Assembly: GCA_965153285.1 (NCBI GenBank)
Contig: OZ229126.1
Reading direction: 5' to 3' (one strand)
Length of the DNA stretch: 64,000 nt
Source of the DNA: Podarcis tiliguerta
Lineage: Eukaryota
The first letter of the stretch is position 1. Every line of letters begins with the position of its first letter. Below are positions 23,599 to 37,137 of the stretch, in pieces. Position numbers and translations under genes: made by a program. The notes beneath the pieces were generated by a model, which was given only the letters and a program-made list of their open reading frames with translations, was not told the origin of the DNA and did no database searches.

Positions 23599-25949
23599 GT
23601 ATATCTGGAGGACTTCCCCCCTACATTTGGTCACAGTTAATGCAGATTGTTATGTTTGTAGATGTTATAATAAATGTACATTGATTAAGTGGTTTTATCT
23701 ATTATCTGTTTATCAGCTATGCTGCCTGTTTTGTCTATAACTTATTTGTTATGGGTGAAACAAACTGAACAGTTAATGAGGCTATATGATTTCAATAAAA
23801 CATCATTTTTTCCTTATGAATTATATATTATTATGTGCTGTTGAGAATTGTTGTGTTGTGTTGGAGAGCACTGCTGTGGCCAAGGAAAACCTGGTTCAAT
23901 TCTCACCTCAGGTGTAAATTCACTAAATATATTTATGTAGACCTTTAATATCTCCTCTATTCCTGCCTGCAAGGTAATACTGACCTAACTTATTGGATGA
24001 TTGCAATAATTGCTGTCATGATGTGTGTAAAGTGCTTTGAACCTTCAATAAGCAGCAAATGCTTGCTAAGCATTAGTTTTATATCTGTGGAACTGTTAGA
24101 TTAGGCCAAGTTCCATCAAAACAGATGGTGAGAACAGATTATAATTAAAATGATTTCCAACTCAGAAGTTTTGCACTCAATACTAGTTCACACATGCACA
24201 GCCATAACTGGACTGCTCAGCGACTGGTGACTCACAGCTGAATTTGTGACTTACTTCAATTGAAAACCCTTTGGGGAGCAGTGCTATGAACATGTTAGTT
24301 CTCTGGTGATTCATTGCACACATTTAAGCAAACCGCTTTATACATTCATGAACTCCTGATGAGCATACAGTTGTAAACAACCCTAAACCTAAACCACTTC
24401 CTCTCCAGAAAGCAGAACTGCACTAGAGCAACATTGGGTGCACCCTGTTCACATTGCAAGCAGGCTCCCCACACCTTTCAGTGGAAGGGCCGAGTTTCAT
24501 TTACATGCATCAGTGCTTTCACGTTTATTGAGAATTACTGGATCATCAAAGTGACTATTTCTGGCAGCTGAAAAGCTTGTTTCCAAACCCTCGTTTTACT
24601 TGTATTCTTATAATCATAGAATTCAGTTCACTGGCATCAGGGGCAGACATCTCTGGGCATCCTCAAAGATCACACCATAGGATGGGTGCTTATACAGATT
24701 GGGCAAGCTAATTACCAGTAATTGCAATGACAGCAGGTGGGCCCTTTTAGGAAGGGGGCCCAATGAGTGCACTTTACATAAAAGCCCTCCAAAACTGGAG
24801 GCAGCACTGTCTGTTCAGATGGGGGGGGGGGTTGTGCTCCAAAGCCAACATGAGTTGACTTTTCATCAGATTTGTGTACACTAAGCGCACACTAGAATTT
24901 TAAAAACTACCTGATTATAGTACTAACTGCCTGTTGATTGGTAACTGATCAGTTTAATTTGAATAACACTGCACATTATCAGAACCTCACCATAGGTGTT
25001 TTTTTTGAGATATTTAAGGATGTAACATAACTTAAATAGGCATAACTTCCACTCTTTTTTGAACAGAATATAATCTTTAATATTTTCCCTTATTTTTTTA
25101 AAAAAATCCCAGTTTTATTAGCATACCAACCAAAACATATTGCTTCATGAGCGGCTAAGAATTTTTGTTATGGGTAAGCTATGAAACTGTAAGAAAATAA
25201 TAAACCAAAATGTGTTTTTAATTCATACCTCTATTGTTAGAAATTAGTCATACAAATTAATCAACCAAACTTCAGTTGATTAATCTACAAATCAAACCAA
25301 TTACAGATTTCAGTCATAGCACAGACAGATCCAGCCTAGTAAATGATTTTAATTCAAAATGCAACTGGGCACATTCTGAAAAGTCTTTAGAAAGTGACTT
25401 GAACCAGGAAATGCTGAATGAAGTTGATGCTAATGAACTTGTGCTGAACCATTCAAAAGCCTCATTCAACAAAAGCAAGTCTATTTAAACAAAAGGTTTA
25501 TCTTGTGCCACCACTATTTGCCACAATGCTTTCTGTACCCAGACAGTTTTAAATTATTCAGAAATCTACAAAATAAAAAAGTCAGCATTAAAAACCATAA
25601 TGTGAATCTACCCTCAGTCAAACTGATCATGCAAGAAGAGTCAGAGGCATTGCCCAGTTCTCATATTAAAATGATTATGCAACAGAAGGTGTTTTACCAT
25701 GTTGTCAATTCATACAGTAATTGGTGTTGGAAAGCCGCAAGCTCCTATCATTTTAGTCAAGAGGAAATATGTCAGAATCTCATGCTTTTTCCTCCCACCC
25801 AGTTCTTAAGTAAAATTAAAATAGTCACATCACTAGACAAAAAGTTCGCAACTGTGTCCTCCAAAATGGTATAGCAAAGGAGGCAAATTCCAAGCCTTTT
25901 CAAATCTCTCTGTTTTGTTGATAGTTTGGCTACTAATTTGGCTCCTAAT

Positions 25950-26091
25950 TGGTGGAGTCTCCTTCTTTGGAGGTCTTTAAGCAGAGGCTTGACAACCATA
26001 TGTCAGGAGTGCTCTGAAGGTGTTTCCTGCTTGGCAGGGGGTTGGACTCGATGGCCCTTGTGGTCTCTTCCAACTCTATGATTCTATGATT
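25950..26091 (+). mobile_element. CR1 LINE 3' end
   Basis: tggtggagtctccttctttggaggtctttaagcagaggcttgac...gggttggactcgatggcc...ttccaactctatgattctatgatt. Confidence 0.85.
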
Positions 26092-26181
26092 CCAAATGGG
26101 TTATTTTGAAATTATAATTTTTACTGATATAAAAATTTATTAGCTCCTATCTGCATGTGTGTGTGTGTGTGTGTTAATTCA

Positions 26182-26472
<291 letters not shown>

Positions 26473-28981
26473 TTAGAAACAAACCAATCAGTACACATAT
26501 CCACACAAGAGAGGAAGCCATGCAAACAACTTTTCCATGACTGCCATCTTTGATAGTTGTGTTTCAATACCACTACCTACAACCAGGAGGCTGGGAGAGG
26601 GGGAACAGGGAAATTTGCAGCCTGGATACCTTTCCTGAACATTTAAATTTCATTTTCTGCCATGTCTTACAGCCCAGCCCTATCTTATTAGCTTTTGTTG
26701 CTGACAGAAGGACCTGCTTTATACAGCAGCAAGCTAAATTAGCATCAGGTACCTATCAAGCATTGCAAAAATATTCTGCCCTCTCTATTTTCATATATAC
26801 ACACAGTAGACCCACAACATATGTGCATTTAACTTGTGCGCATTCAGCTTCAAGGGCTTGGCAAATGATTTTTAAAAATAAAAATAAAAGCGGGAGGGGT
26901 GGACCTCTGGGGGGGAGAAGACTGGCAATTCCACCCACCATTCCACCCAATATATTTTGACTATAAGCGATTTTGACTTTATGCACTATCCCTGCAACAT
27001 AACCCCTGCCTAAGTTGAGAGTCAGCTGTGTATACCATGAGAACAGTGGTAGAGATCTGTGCCATTTACTAACCCATACCACAGGGTTAACCTGTGTGGT
27101 GGCCTCCAGATGTCTTGAACTACAGCTCCCATCTTTCTCAACCATTTGCCATGATGGGAGTTGTAGTCCAAGACATCTGGTGGTCACCATGTTAGCTACC
27201 CTTGTCACAGGATAGAGCACTTTTCTAAACCGCTCAAAATGCTTCATGTTTATTTTATCAGTAACTGATACAACAACTCTGTACCATAGGCTAGTATTAT
27301 ATTACCCCCATGTTAAGATGAGAAGTGGCTGCCTAAAGGGAATCCACTGATGCCATAGAGGTCATGGCTGAAATGAGATAAGAACTACAGATAAGTAGCT
27401 TACAGCTCATGTTCTTAAACATTATGCTATATTACTGCAAAAGGATTGCTGGTTGCATCTCCAAGGCATTCAGGTCAACATATATGGCGTCATCCTGCAA
27501 GATGCATCAGTCTAAAAGTCTGTTATAATTATTTCGCCTGGACAAATAAACCCCTGGACAAGCAGAGATTTGAGCCTACATCTCCCACCATTTATGTCCA
27601 AGGCAATAAAGCACCTGCCTGCAACCTGGTGTTCTCTGGGTGTTTTGGACTACAATTCCCATCAGGCATAGTATTGCCAGCTGAGGCTGATGGGAATTAT
27701 AGTTGAAAGCATCTGGGGTTCGGCAAAGCTGCTCTAAATTGACAGTAGATTGCATTCTTGCTAGGACCCCTGATGCTAGGACATCTATGATATGACTGGT
27801 AATCTGCAACTCTTTCAGCATTTGAGGACTTGAGTAAGACAAAGATAGCACTGGGGACACTAGATCCTCTGAACTACTGCCTCAACATAGTGCATATGGT
27901 GCCCAGACCAAGAGCCAAAAGTATAATAATAGATTAAATAACTAGCAATTTGCTGCCCTCTTATAGCATCCAAAATATGGCTCCTGAGATAGGCACCTCA
28001 GTCTGCCAAATACTAAGGACAGCCCGGTCCAATACTTGAAGCTATATAGAGTTCACTGGGAATCCTAGATATGTTAGAACTGCATCAATTGGACTTATGA
28101 TGCAGGGTATGTTTTGAGTGGTCTCTTTCATGTTAAATTTTGTGGTTGGTAGAGATTCTAGTTTGTGTATTTAGGAAACTGTGGTTTAGAGGCTTATTTA
28201 AACCATCGCTCATATGTCTTATATATTCGTGCAATTCAGAAATACTGAAATGTACACTGCAATTTGTCTGAAAACCCCTAAATGTTGAGATAGTTACCAC
28301 TTCATACATGAGATTCACTCAAGATTCTAAAATTAGACTCAGGATTTTTATCCCGGAGTAAATGGCTATACAGGATTGCTATACAGGATTGCCTGTAGTC
28401 CAGTCCATAATTTTTAATGAAGTATGTGGATTTAAACCAATTTAGTCCCTACTGAAATCACTGAGATTAACTGTCTTGAATCTAAGAACTTCATTTTTGC
28501 TGGATTGTGGATTAGGTTGTTAGTATTCTAAAATGCTGACAGCTCAGAAAATATGGAGATTTTTCAAGATAAAATTTAGTGAATTCAGTTCTAAAGGATT
28601 AGGCAGAGGAAAAATTTGAAAATCTGCAGTGAAGAGAAAAGAGGCAGTGAATATTAAGCCAAAGTGGTCTATGGAAACATGCCTTACAACCCAGTTAAGC
28701 CGAAGTACTTTGACTTCACTCATTTGGTTCAACAGGACTACATAAGCTTGAATATATTATAAAAGTAGTTTGAGTTAACAGGGCTTATTTTAAGCAAGGT
28801 TATGCTCATCTGTCAGAGACTCCACAAGAAAAAAAAAACCCTAATATAAAGTCCATCACTCTTCAATGACTAGAGTTAGATGGTCTGCATGTGAATTAGG
28901 CGAAGAAGAAGAAAAAGCAGTAAAAAGTTTTCAAAGTTTTGCTACCTCTTCACTCAAAATTGCAAGTGCACAAAGAATTAT

Positions 28982-29282
28982 NNNNNNNNNNNNNNNNNNN
29001 NNNNNNNNNNNNNNNNNNNNNNNNNNNNNNNNNNNNNNNNNNNNNNNNNNNNNNNNNNNNNNNNNNNNNNNNNNNNNNNNNNNNNNNNNNNNNNNNNNNN
29101 NNNNNNNNNNNNNNNNNNNNNNNNNNNNNATTTTNNNNNNNNNNNNNNNNNNNNNNNNNNNNNNNNNNNNNNNNNNNNNNNNNNNNNNNNNNNNNNNNNN
29201 NNNNNNNNNNNNNNNNNNNNNNNNNNNNNNNNNNNNNNNNNNNNNNNNNNNNNNNNNNNNNNNNNNNNNNNNNNNNNNNNNN
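28982..29282. other. Assembly gap or masked stretch (148 N + ATTTT + 148 N) in PAX5 intron 4
   Basis: Read directly from the sequence. Confidence 0.97.
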
Positions 29283-29386
29283 GTGCTGAAGTGTTCTGTG
29301 CAGAATTATCTGCCCATAAGAGTGATTAAAAGTTCTTTAGAATGAATTGCATTATATATTTTTAAGTATATTAAAAAAAAAGTTAC

Positions 29387-29451
29387 CTATGCTGTGACTG
29401 GAGGCTGGGACTTGCTGGTTGGGTGGTTGCTGTACCTTTGTCCGTATAATC
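29387..29451 (-). CDS. PAX5: PAX5 exon 4
   Basis: cag|G ATT ATA CGG ACA AAG GTA CAG CAA CCA CCC AAC CAG CAA GTC CCA GCC TCC AGT CAC AGC ATA G|gtaac, 65 nt, [21 protein letters not shown]. Confidence 0.96.
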
Positions 29452-30214
29452 CTGCATATAGACAAATGGCTACTTACTATTAGGTATACAACAATAGAGC
29501 AAAAAAACAGCTATGCAGGTAAACAATAACTAAGCATGATGAGTGTCCAAGAAAATTATTCCTCTTCATTACTATTATATTTCCCAAATTGAAAACCAAA
29601 AAGATGCACTGAGCTGAGAACTGCCTAAATGTGTTATCAGCCATAGCTGAAAAGTTGGGAAATGCATGTCTACTTAAATACATTCACAAAACTGGAATTG
29701 CCCACTTTCATGTGTGAATGTCATCATTCACAATGCTTGGACATTCACTGTAACTCATATATGTAATCACCCCATCAAGAGAGACTGAAAGAATTGCAGC
29801 TGAGCAAATGGACCAAAGCCAAATATACAATATAAACAACACAGTGTCCAAAACGCAGGATCTAAGATCTAAGTACTTAAATTCCATTGACTTCCAATGG
29901 GTATAAAATAACTGCAATAATAATAATTACACATATTATTGATCTCAATAATACCTTGTCTCATTAATTTCAACTGGAGTTAAGCATGACTAATTTATCC
30001 AGATTGGGGCAAAATGTGGACCCTGGTGCAGGTTTGTGGGTGATTGCTGCTTTTCCTCACAGCACCAAATATTCAGTGAGCAAAATCTGCACAGTTCTAA
30101 ACCCTCGCAACAGGAAATGTCTCATTAACTACCGTAAGTAATTCTGTGGTGTTTCCTCTCTGCTCATTCCTGTTGGCTGATCACAACAGACTTGTAGAAA
30201 TGCCCTAAACATTA

Positions 30215-30555
30215 GTAAAGGTAAAGGTACCCCTGCCCGTAAGGGCCAGTCTTGACAGACTCTAGGGTTGTGCGCTCATCTCACTCTATAGGCCAGGAGC
30301 CAGCGCTGTCCGCAGACACTTCCGGGTCACGTGGCCAGCGTGACAAGCTGCATCTGGCGAGCCAGCACAGCACACGGAAACGCCGTTTACCTTCCCGCTG
30401 GTAAGCGGTCCCTATTTATCTACTTGCACCCGGGGGTGCTTTCGAACTGCTAGGTTGGCAGGCGCTGGGACTGAGCAATGGGAGCGCACCCCGCCGCGGG
30501 GATTCGAACCGCCGACCTGACGATCGGCAAGTCCTAGGCGCTGAGGTTTTACCCA
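30215..30555 (-). mobile_element. Sauria SINE, distinct CpG-rich subfamily
   Basis: gtaaaggtaaaggtacccctg tail. Body keeps many CpGs (ccgccgcggggattcgaaccgccgacc). Confidence 0.9.
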
Positions 30556-33500
30556 GGTTTTTGTGCCAACTTACTTATACATACATATCTAGAATCATAT
30601 CTACTTTCAAAATATTTGCTAACACATTTTAGGCAGCAAAATGTGTGTGTGTGCTACATATGGTTTAGGCTTTTGTTAATGCTGGGTTGGAGAACTGAAG
30701 TTAGCATAAAATAAAATAAATTGTTAACAATGGAAAATCCACCGTGGAGATGCATTAAGAGCCCTGAACGCAGGAGGTCTTCTCTGTATATTTTCCTAGT
30801 GACGCAAATGGAGATCTTGCCATTGATTTAAATAAGAACAAGATTGATGCACTCACTATAGAACGGTCTTTTATCAAATAGCACACAGTTAATTGATATA
30901 ATTCTCCACACAGTATATATGCCTGTTTTAATATAATATTTTAGCTGGCAGCTTGTGGCCTGATGAGTTCCTGGCCACACTCCCAGCTTTTGCCTGGTTG
31001 TCTTCCAGATTTGTTTTTTCGTGTTTAGTATGTTCACAGAAGAACACTCTCCTGTCATTTAAAAAAACAAAACATTTTCCTCTTTGGCATTTCAGAACAT
31101 CAACTCATAAAGTGACAGTGCCAAATTACTGTTATCTGCCTCTTCCTTTGCACCATTTACCAAAATGTAGATGATTATGATGGGTGGTTCTCAACTAAGG
31201 TTTACTCAGAGTAGACCCCCTGAAATTAATAGGCATAATGGTAGTTGTGCTTGTTAATTTCAATGGGCTTACTCCAAGTTCCACCTGAAGTGTTTGGTTG
31301 TAGTTGTTGTGTTGTGTTAATACTTAATGAACAATTCAGGATGGGACCCTCTTTGAGTAATACTATATTTCCAAAAGTATTGAAAGCTGAAGCACATTTC
31401 AAAGAAATAAGTAAAACCGAAAACTCCTGTACACTAAAGAGTTTGCATTTTAAGAGTTTGTGACCCCCAATTCTAGTTCAAGGCCTGTTTCAGACCTGAA
31501 CATAGTTTTAGACTGTACAAGCCCAGGGAACAGAGCAGTGAGCCATGCAGAAGGTGCTTAATTCTGCTCTGTCTTTGCATCATGGGTGACTAAGCTGATC
31601 TGATCACACCTAATGCAGAGATACAGCAAAGTACCCACCTCTAGAAGAGTTTGATTAGAAGAAAGCAAGGTAAGAGCAGTAAATCATACAAAGACACAGT
31701 GTGCAGCCTTCTTACATGGGGAGGAACTGAGGCACACCTAAAAGTAACAGGAACCCATAGCTGAGAATTTCAGCCTGAAGATGATGAGGCAACACGAGCC
31801 TCTACTTCTTAGGTCTGCTCTGCAAGTATTCTCTGAATGTACAGTAGCTTCTCCACTGGAAGCCTCGCACACTAGCTAGCTAGAATGAAGGTCTAGAGGC
31901 TGTATCTGCACTGCCGCAAATCGGCTGCTACATTTCACATTGCCTGCATCTCAGCATGCAACTGGCCTGTTCAAGCTGCACAAGGCTGTAGAGTGGTTTT
32001 GCACTGAGTAAATGGCCTTGGGAACCAAACAGGTGACTGGTGCAATTCCTACACACCAATCACTCTGCTGGCATCTGTACAGGGTTCAGAGCAGGGCTGG
32101 TGTTGGATATTTCACACAGCACCTAATTTAAAGTAATCTCTCTCTCTCTTTAGGTATAAGAAAGAAGCGCATGTATTTATTTTAAAGTATTTTGCCCAGT
32201 GTTTGCCCAAAAAGGCTTCCAGGGTGGCTTCCTGATCCATAAAAATAAAATACATTTTTGAGTATATACAAAGTTCACTTCCTCCTTACTGAGCATCCTC
32301 AAACAATCCCAGCACATATGGGATTGTTCAGAGCACGGAGGAGATGGTGGTGCCTTCCAGACTGGCCAGGGAACAACCTGGCACTTCTTATAAGGCAGAA
32401 TGTCCCATATGTCTCCTTTCTGCTTTGTGCTTCCACACAGGACATAGCTTTCTCCATTTTACAGAGCAATACCACGTGGAGTGTAAGCTAGTCAAGGCAG
32501 GTGGGGAGGTTCTTCTGTGGGGGCAACTGGTTAGAGAAGACTGGCCTTGAATGAACTGAATGAACATTCAATGAACTTGAATGAATGATTGTGACTCCCT
32601 GTTGCGTGTCCACCCTATGCTTACAGGCACACATCCTCATTTCATGTGTTCAAGCATCAAACGCTACATGCAAAACATGAATGCCACCTGAATTATGAAT
32701 CATCCCTAAATATTGCTAGATTTTATTAGGTTTTAAAATAACATTCAGATGGACCTGCTTTCTTTGCCCTGCAAACTCTATTTATTTACACATTTTCAAT
32801 TTATTCTGCATCTTATAAATTAAAATATCTGATCAATATATTTCCTGCTATACAGAAATATGTACTTGGTGAAAGAGACATAGTCGCTTCTTCAAAGGAC
32901 ACCAATTTGCCCTCTCCTAGAAACTGTTAAGTTGTGCAGTAGATGACAGAAGCATGCACTTTTTCTGTGTCAGAATGTGCACAGATCTGCCCGTTTGCTA
33001 TTGTCTCTCCACTTATACCTTTATCTTCCCAGAACTATAAAGCATTTCATTCACTAGGGGTGAATTCAAGTTTACTTGTCATCTTGCAAACATTTTTTTA
33101 TATATCCACAGTAGACAAATGACGTAAGCAGGGGCCCAGCTGAGATGGCACTGTGTTTTATCAATTATTGGTGTAGGATCAAGACTCTGCTGCGAATACC
33201 AGACCTAGAGGAATGAATTGAAAGAAAAGAACAACTAGAACACCTCAGTCCCAGACACATAAGTCAGGATTGAGATTTAATTCTCTCTCTCTCTTTCTCT
33301 GAAATGCAAAAATCAACAAGGTATCAACTTTCCTTTAAGCCCCTCATGTATGTACATAAATGTGTGTTATGAAAAGAGACAGAAAGAGAGAGATTGAACA
33401 GATTGCAGCAGGGGGTTTATCTCATGCAAACTGTACCAACCTGTTTTGTGACTTACTTATTTGGAACTTAGCTGCTAATCATTTTAAGTAATTAGGCAGT

Positions 33501-34200
33501 AATATTCAAAAATAATACAGGAAGAGTAACTGAAAGGGAAAAAATATGCAAAAAATTTACCTGTGCCTGCTCATTTTATGAACATGATATGTGCCTTGCA
33601 GTTGAAGACCAAAGGTATATATCTAGTTCAGCAGTGTTACTGGCTGTGGCCAGACAGGTACGATTGTGTTCTCACAAGCAGAGCATGAAGTTAATAGGTT
33701 TCCCTTATTACTGGTCACCAACAGCTGGTGTTCTAAGGTTTACAGCCAAACTCTGTATTTTTCACCCATGTGTTTACAAAAGAGAATTTTGGGAAATAAA
33801 AAAAAAATGTAACTACATGTACCTGCATTTACTCTCATCCATCCTCTATTACCTTAGCCGCTCTGATATGCCCAGAGACTAACGTGGAGCTGCATGACAC
33901 AGCTCTATATTGAAGTGTGTGTGTGTGTGTGTGTGTACATCTATGTTTAAGGATCCATATTTAATGCAACCACGTGGGTTACAGTGCAATAAATAAATTC
34001 CCCCCTCCTTTTGTTGTTTTGTTATTCTACATTCCCCCTTCCCTCATTTCTGCTGTGTTTTCCCCTTCACTACTTAACTTAGACTTAAAGCTTTTTGGGT
34101 AGGAACCTGTCTATTCATGTATGATATTCTACAAAGCAGCCTTCCCCAATCTGGTGGCCTCCAGATAAAGAAAAGGAAGAAAGTTAATAATACTCAGTTC

Positions 34201-34393
34201 TAGGTTGCCATATTTCAAACAGGGAAAATCTGGACAGAAAAGTTTTTTAAGGAAAATCGCTGAAAATGACACTGCTGACATGGGTTGCCATACACCCAGA
34301 TTTTCTTGGACATTAAGTGATTTCCCTCCTAGACTGCTTCCAAGTGCAGTATTCCGAATATGTTCACAAAATCCCGGACGTATGGCAACCCTA
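34201..34393. mobile_element. hAT MITE (TAGG(G)TTGCCA termini), copy 2
   Basis: Homologous to 18075-18315. TSD ctcagttc/ctcggttc. Confidence 0.85.
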
Positions 34394-36894
34394 CTCGGTT
34401 CTTCAAAGTCTCTGCTATAAAATGACGGAATCAGCAGGTCTGTATTATAATATATAAAAGCTATGTATTACGATACATAGCTTTTTCAGTATTCTTCATT
34501 AACAATTTCATTTGGGGCAGGTAGCAGAAGTCAAAACGTTAAGTAACTTGCTAGTTATGCATAGAATCAGGATACGTGCCTTGTAACAGTATAACTAGTA
34601 GTATGACTATAGCTGATTGCAGAGCTGGGCCGGTGGTTTCTAGCGCACATAAAGGATAAATTTTGTTTTCAGGCAAAAAATAGTCCAGACAGCCCAAACC
34701 AACCCAGGAATATTTGGGCTTCTGCCAGCTTTGCCATATTGACCTCAATGGGACTAAATTGGTTTAAGTCCATGTACTTTCCCTTAATTGGCCTATAGGC
34801 CAAGCTGTTGTTTTACTTCTCAGTTTTAGCCAAACATTTTAAATAAATGACTTTGCAATATGCAAAAATAGTACAGCCTCATTTTAGCCAGACACTTTCT
34901 GAACACATAATTTTGCCCACAGTCCTGCAATGATCATAGCAACAGGGCACGTAAACACCAAATAACCAAAGCATATGGAAAGGCAGATAAATTAGGTTAT
35001 GCTCTATTGTCTCTATATAAGCGCTTGAGATTTCATTCTGTTTAGGAAACAGAAGCCAATGTTCTGAATGGCATTAGAATTAAAAGTTGGAGCCAAAGTG
35101 AAGCCGCTTGCACTTAACATCTATTGAATTCAACGGGACATAAATCAATTGCAATATCAGGTGACCCACTTATTGAACATTTATCATTATTCGTCTGCAC
35201 AAAGTTCTTAAGGAGATTAGGTGATATCAGCAATTTATTGGGCATTCATTCTCATTTGCTTGTGGGGAGGTTAAATGATGTTGCATCCAGCAAATTTTAT
35301 CCCATACTTTCTAGGACATTTTCCCATCAGTTTCCTTATTTTAAAAAGGTCATTCTGAGGTGAAGCTGGTTTGCCGTGCAAGACCTCCCAATCAACTTTA
35401 ATTGTACAACCTGAATTTGCCAGTACAGTATGTGATTGAATCTCATCCAATAATAGTGAAAATCTGGAAGTGCTTTAAATTACCCTGTTAATTTCAACAG
35501 AACTAACTTTCTTCATATTATTAATATGTGCAAAGCTGTATATTCTTACTGCAAAATATCTGGTGAAAATATGCAATTAGATTAGTAACCAGTCAAAAAG
35601 CAGCAATTTTTGTACCCTAACCTTTTAAAAGGCATTTTAAAATCCTATGAGGAAATTATTAAGTATTTAGTGAGTGTTCGAAAGATGCTTGGATATTGAA
35701 AAGAACAAATAAAATAATTTTGCAGCTATATATTACACATCTAGCAATACAAATAGTGTGTTATTGTTAGATAAAGTTAGAGCATTTAAATGAAATTCCA
35801 TGAAAATTTTCTTTGGGCTTGTTGTTTCTAAAACAGAAAAGTATTCCACTTGTGTGTATTTTCTAAATTTAAAATAAATTCTATATTTTTTTAAAAAAAT
35901 CCAAATATCCCAATTTAAGCTGTACTGCTACCTTAAACATGAGACACTAATGGGGCTTAGTTTCTCGGGATTTAACATAAAAATTCACAAAGGATGTGAT
36001 CTGCAAGCCATCTATTTCAGGGTAACAAGGTGGACTTAACTAGAACTACTGTGAAGTAAACTGTAGCTAGTAGCTGAATTATCTTTCAGTTCTCCTATGA
36101 AATATATACTTAACTTTTGATGTGATGAACTACAATTATGCACATTGGGACAGTGATTGCTTCTTGAGAAAAGCAGTAATTGACACACTGTTCATAAGCA
36201 TGACTGTTCATGCACCGGACAAGTACAAATTACAGAAACTTCATAATACACAATCTAAGATAGCACTTTGTATGCAAGAATCTCAAAAGAATTTTGCAAA
36301 ATTAATCATCCCTCTGCATAAGATTTAATAGACACATTGCACAGGTCACTAAACTGGAGGACACTCTTGATTCTACCACACTTGTTTCTATTAGTAGATG
36401 CATTACTGATCTACCCAGGTTCACTTTCAATTAATCAATAATAAAGATGGATGATAAATCTAGCAAAATATGACCACATGGTCCTTGTCCTAGACTAGTT
36501 CTTCCTTATTTCCCAGTCCACATTCCAAAGTTATAGACTCACACTTTGTTGCATTAGAACAGTTACGTTCCTAGTTTTCACATAACAAATATCAGGGTCT
36601 TAGACGGCAGAAAAATGGAAATTCAAGACAGAGACAATGGGTGTTGTGGAGAAAGAAATGTTCGTATTTATTTATTTTGTATATTCATTTTTATCTTGCC
36701 TTTCAGAAAATTTCTTACAAGGTATGCTCAATGCACCAAACATTGCATGAGAAACAGATCACAAAATGGCTATGAATGCCTTTTACACATGTGAAGAGCC
36801 CTGCAAATAATCAAAATAGACCCATTCCATTTTCAGACGATTATAAGAAACACTGCCCACATGCATCTCCATTGTACTGCCCAAAAGATCCTTA

Positions 36895-37137
<243 letters not shown>

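Noticed and set aside
28866-29345. ORFs with long X runs
   Set aside because: Artefacts of the N-gap.
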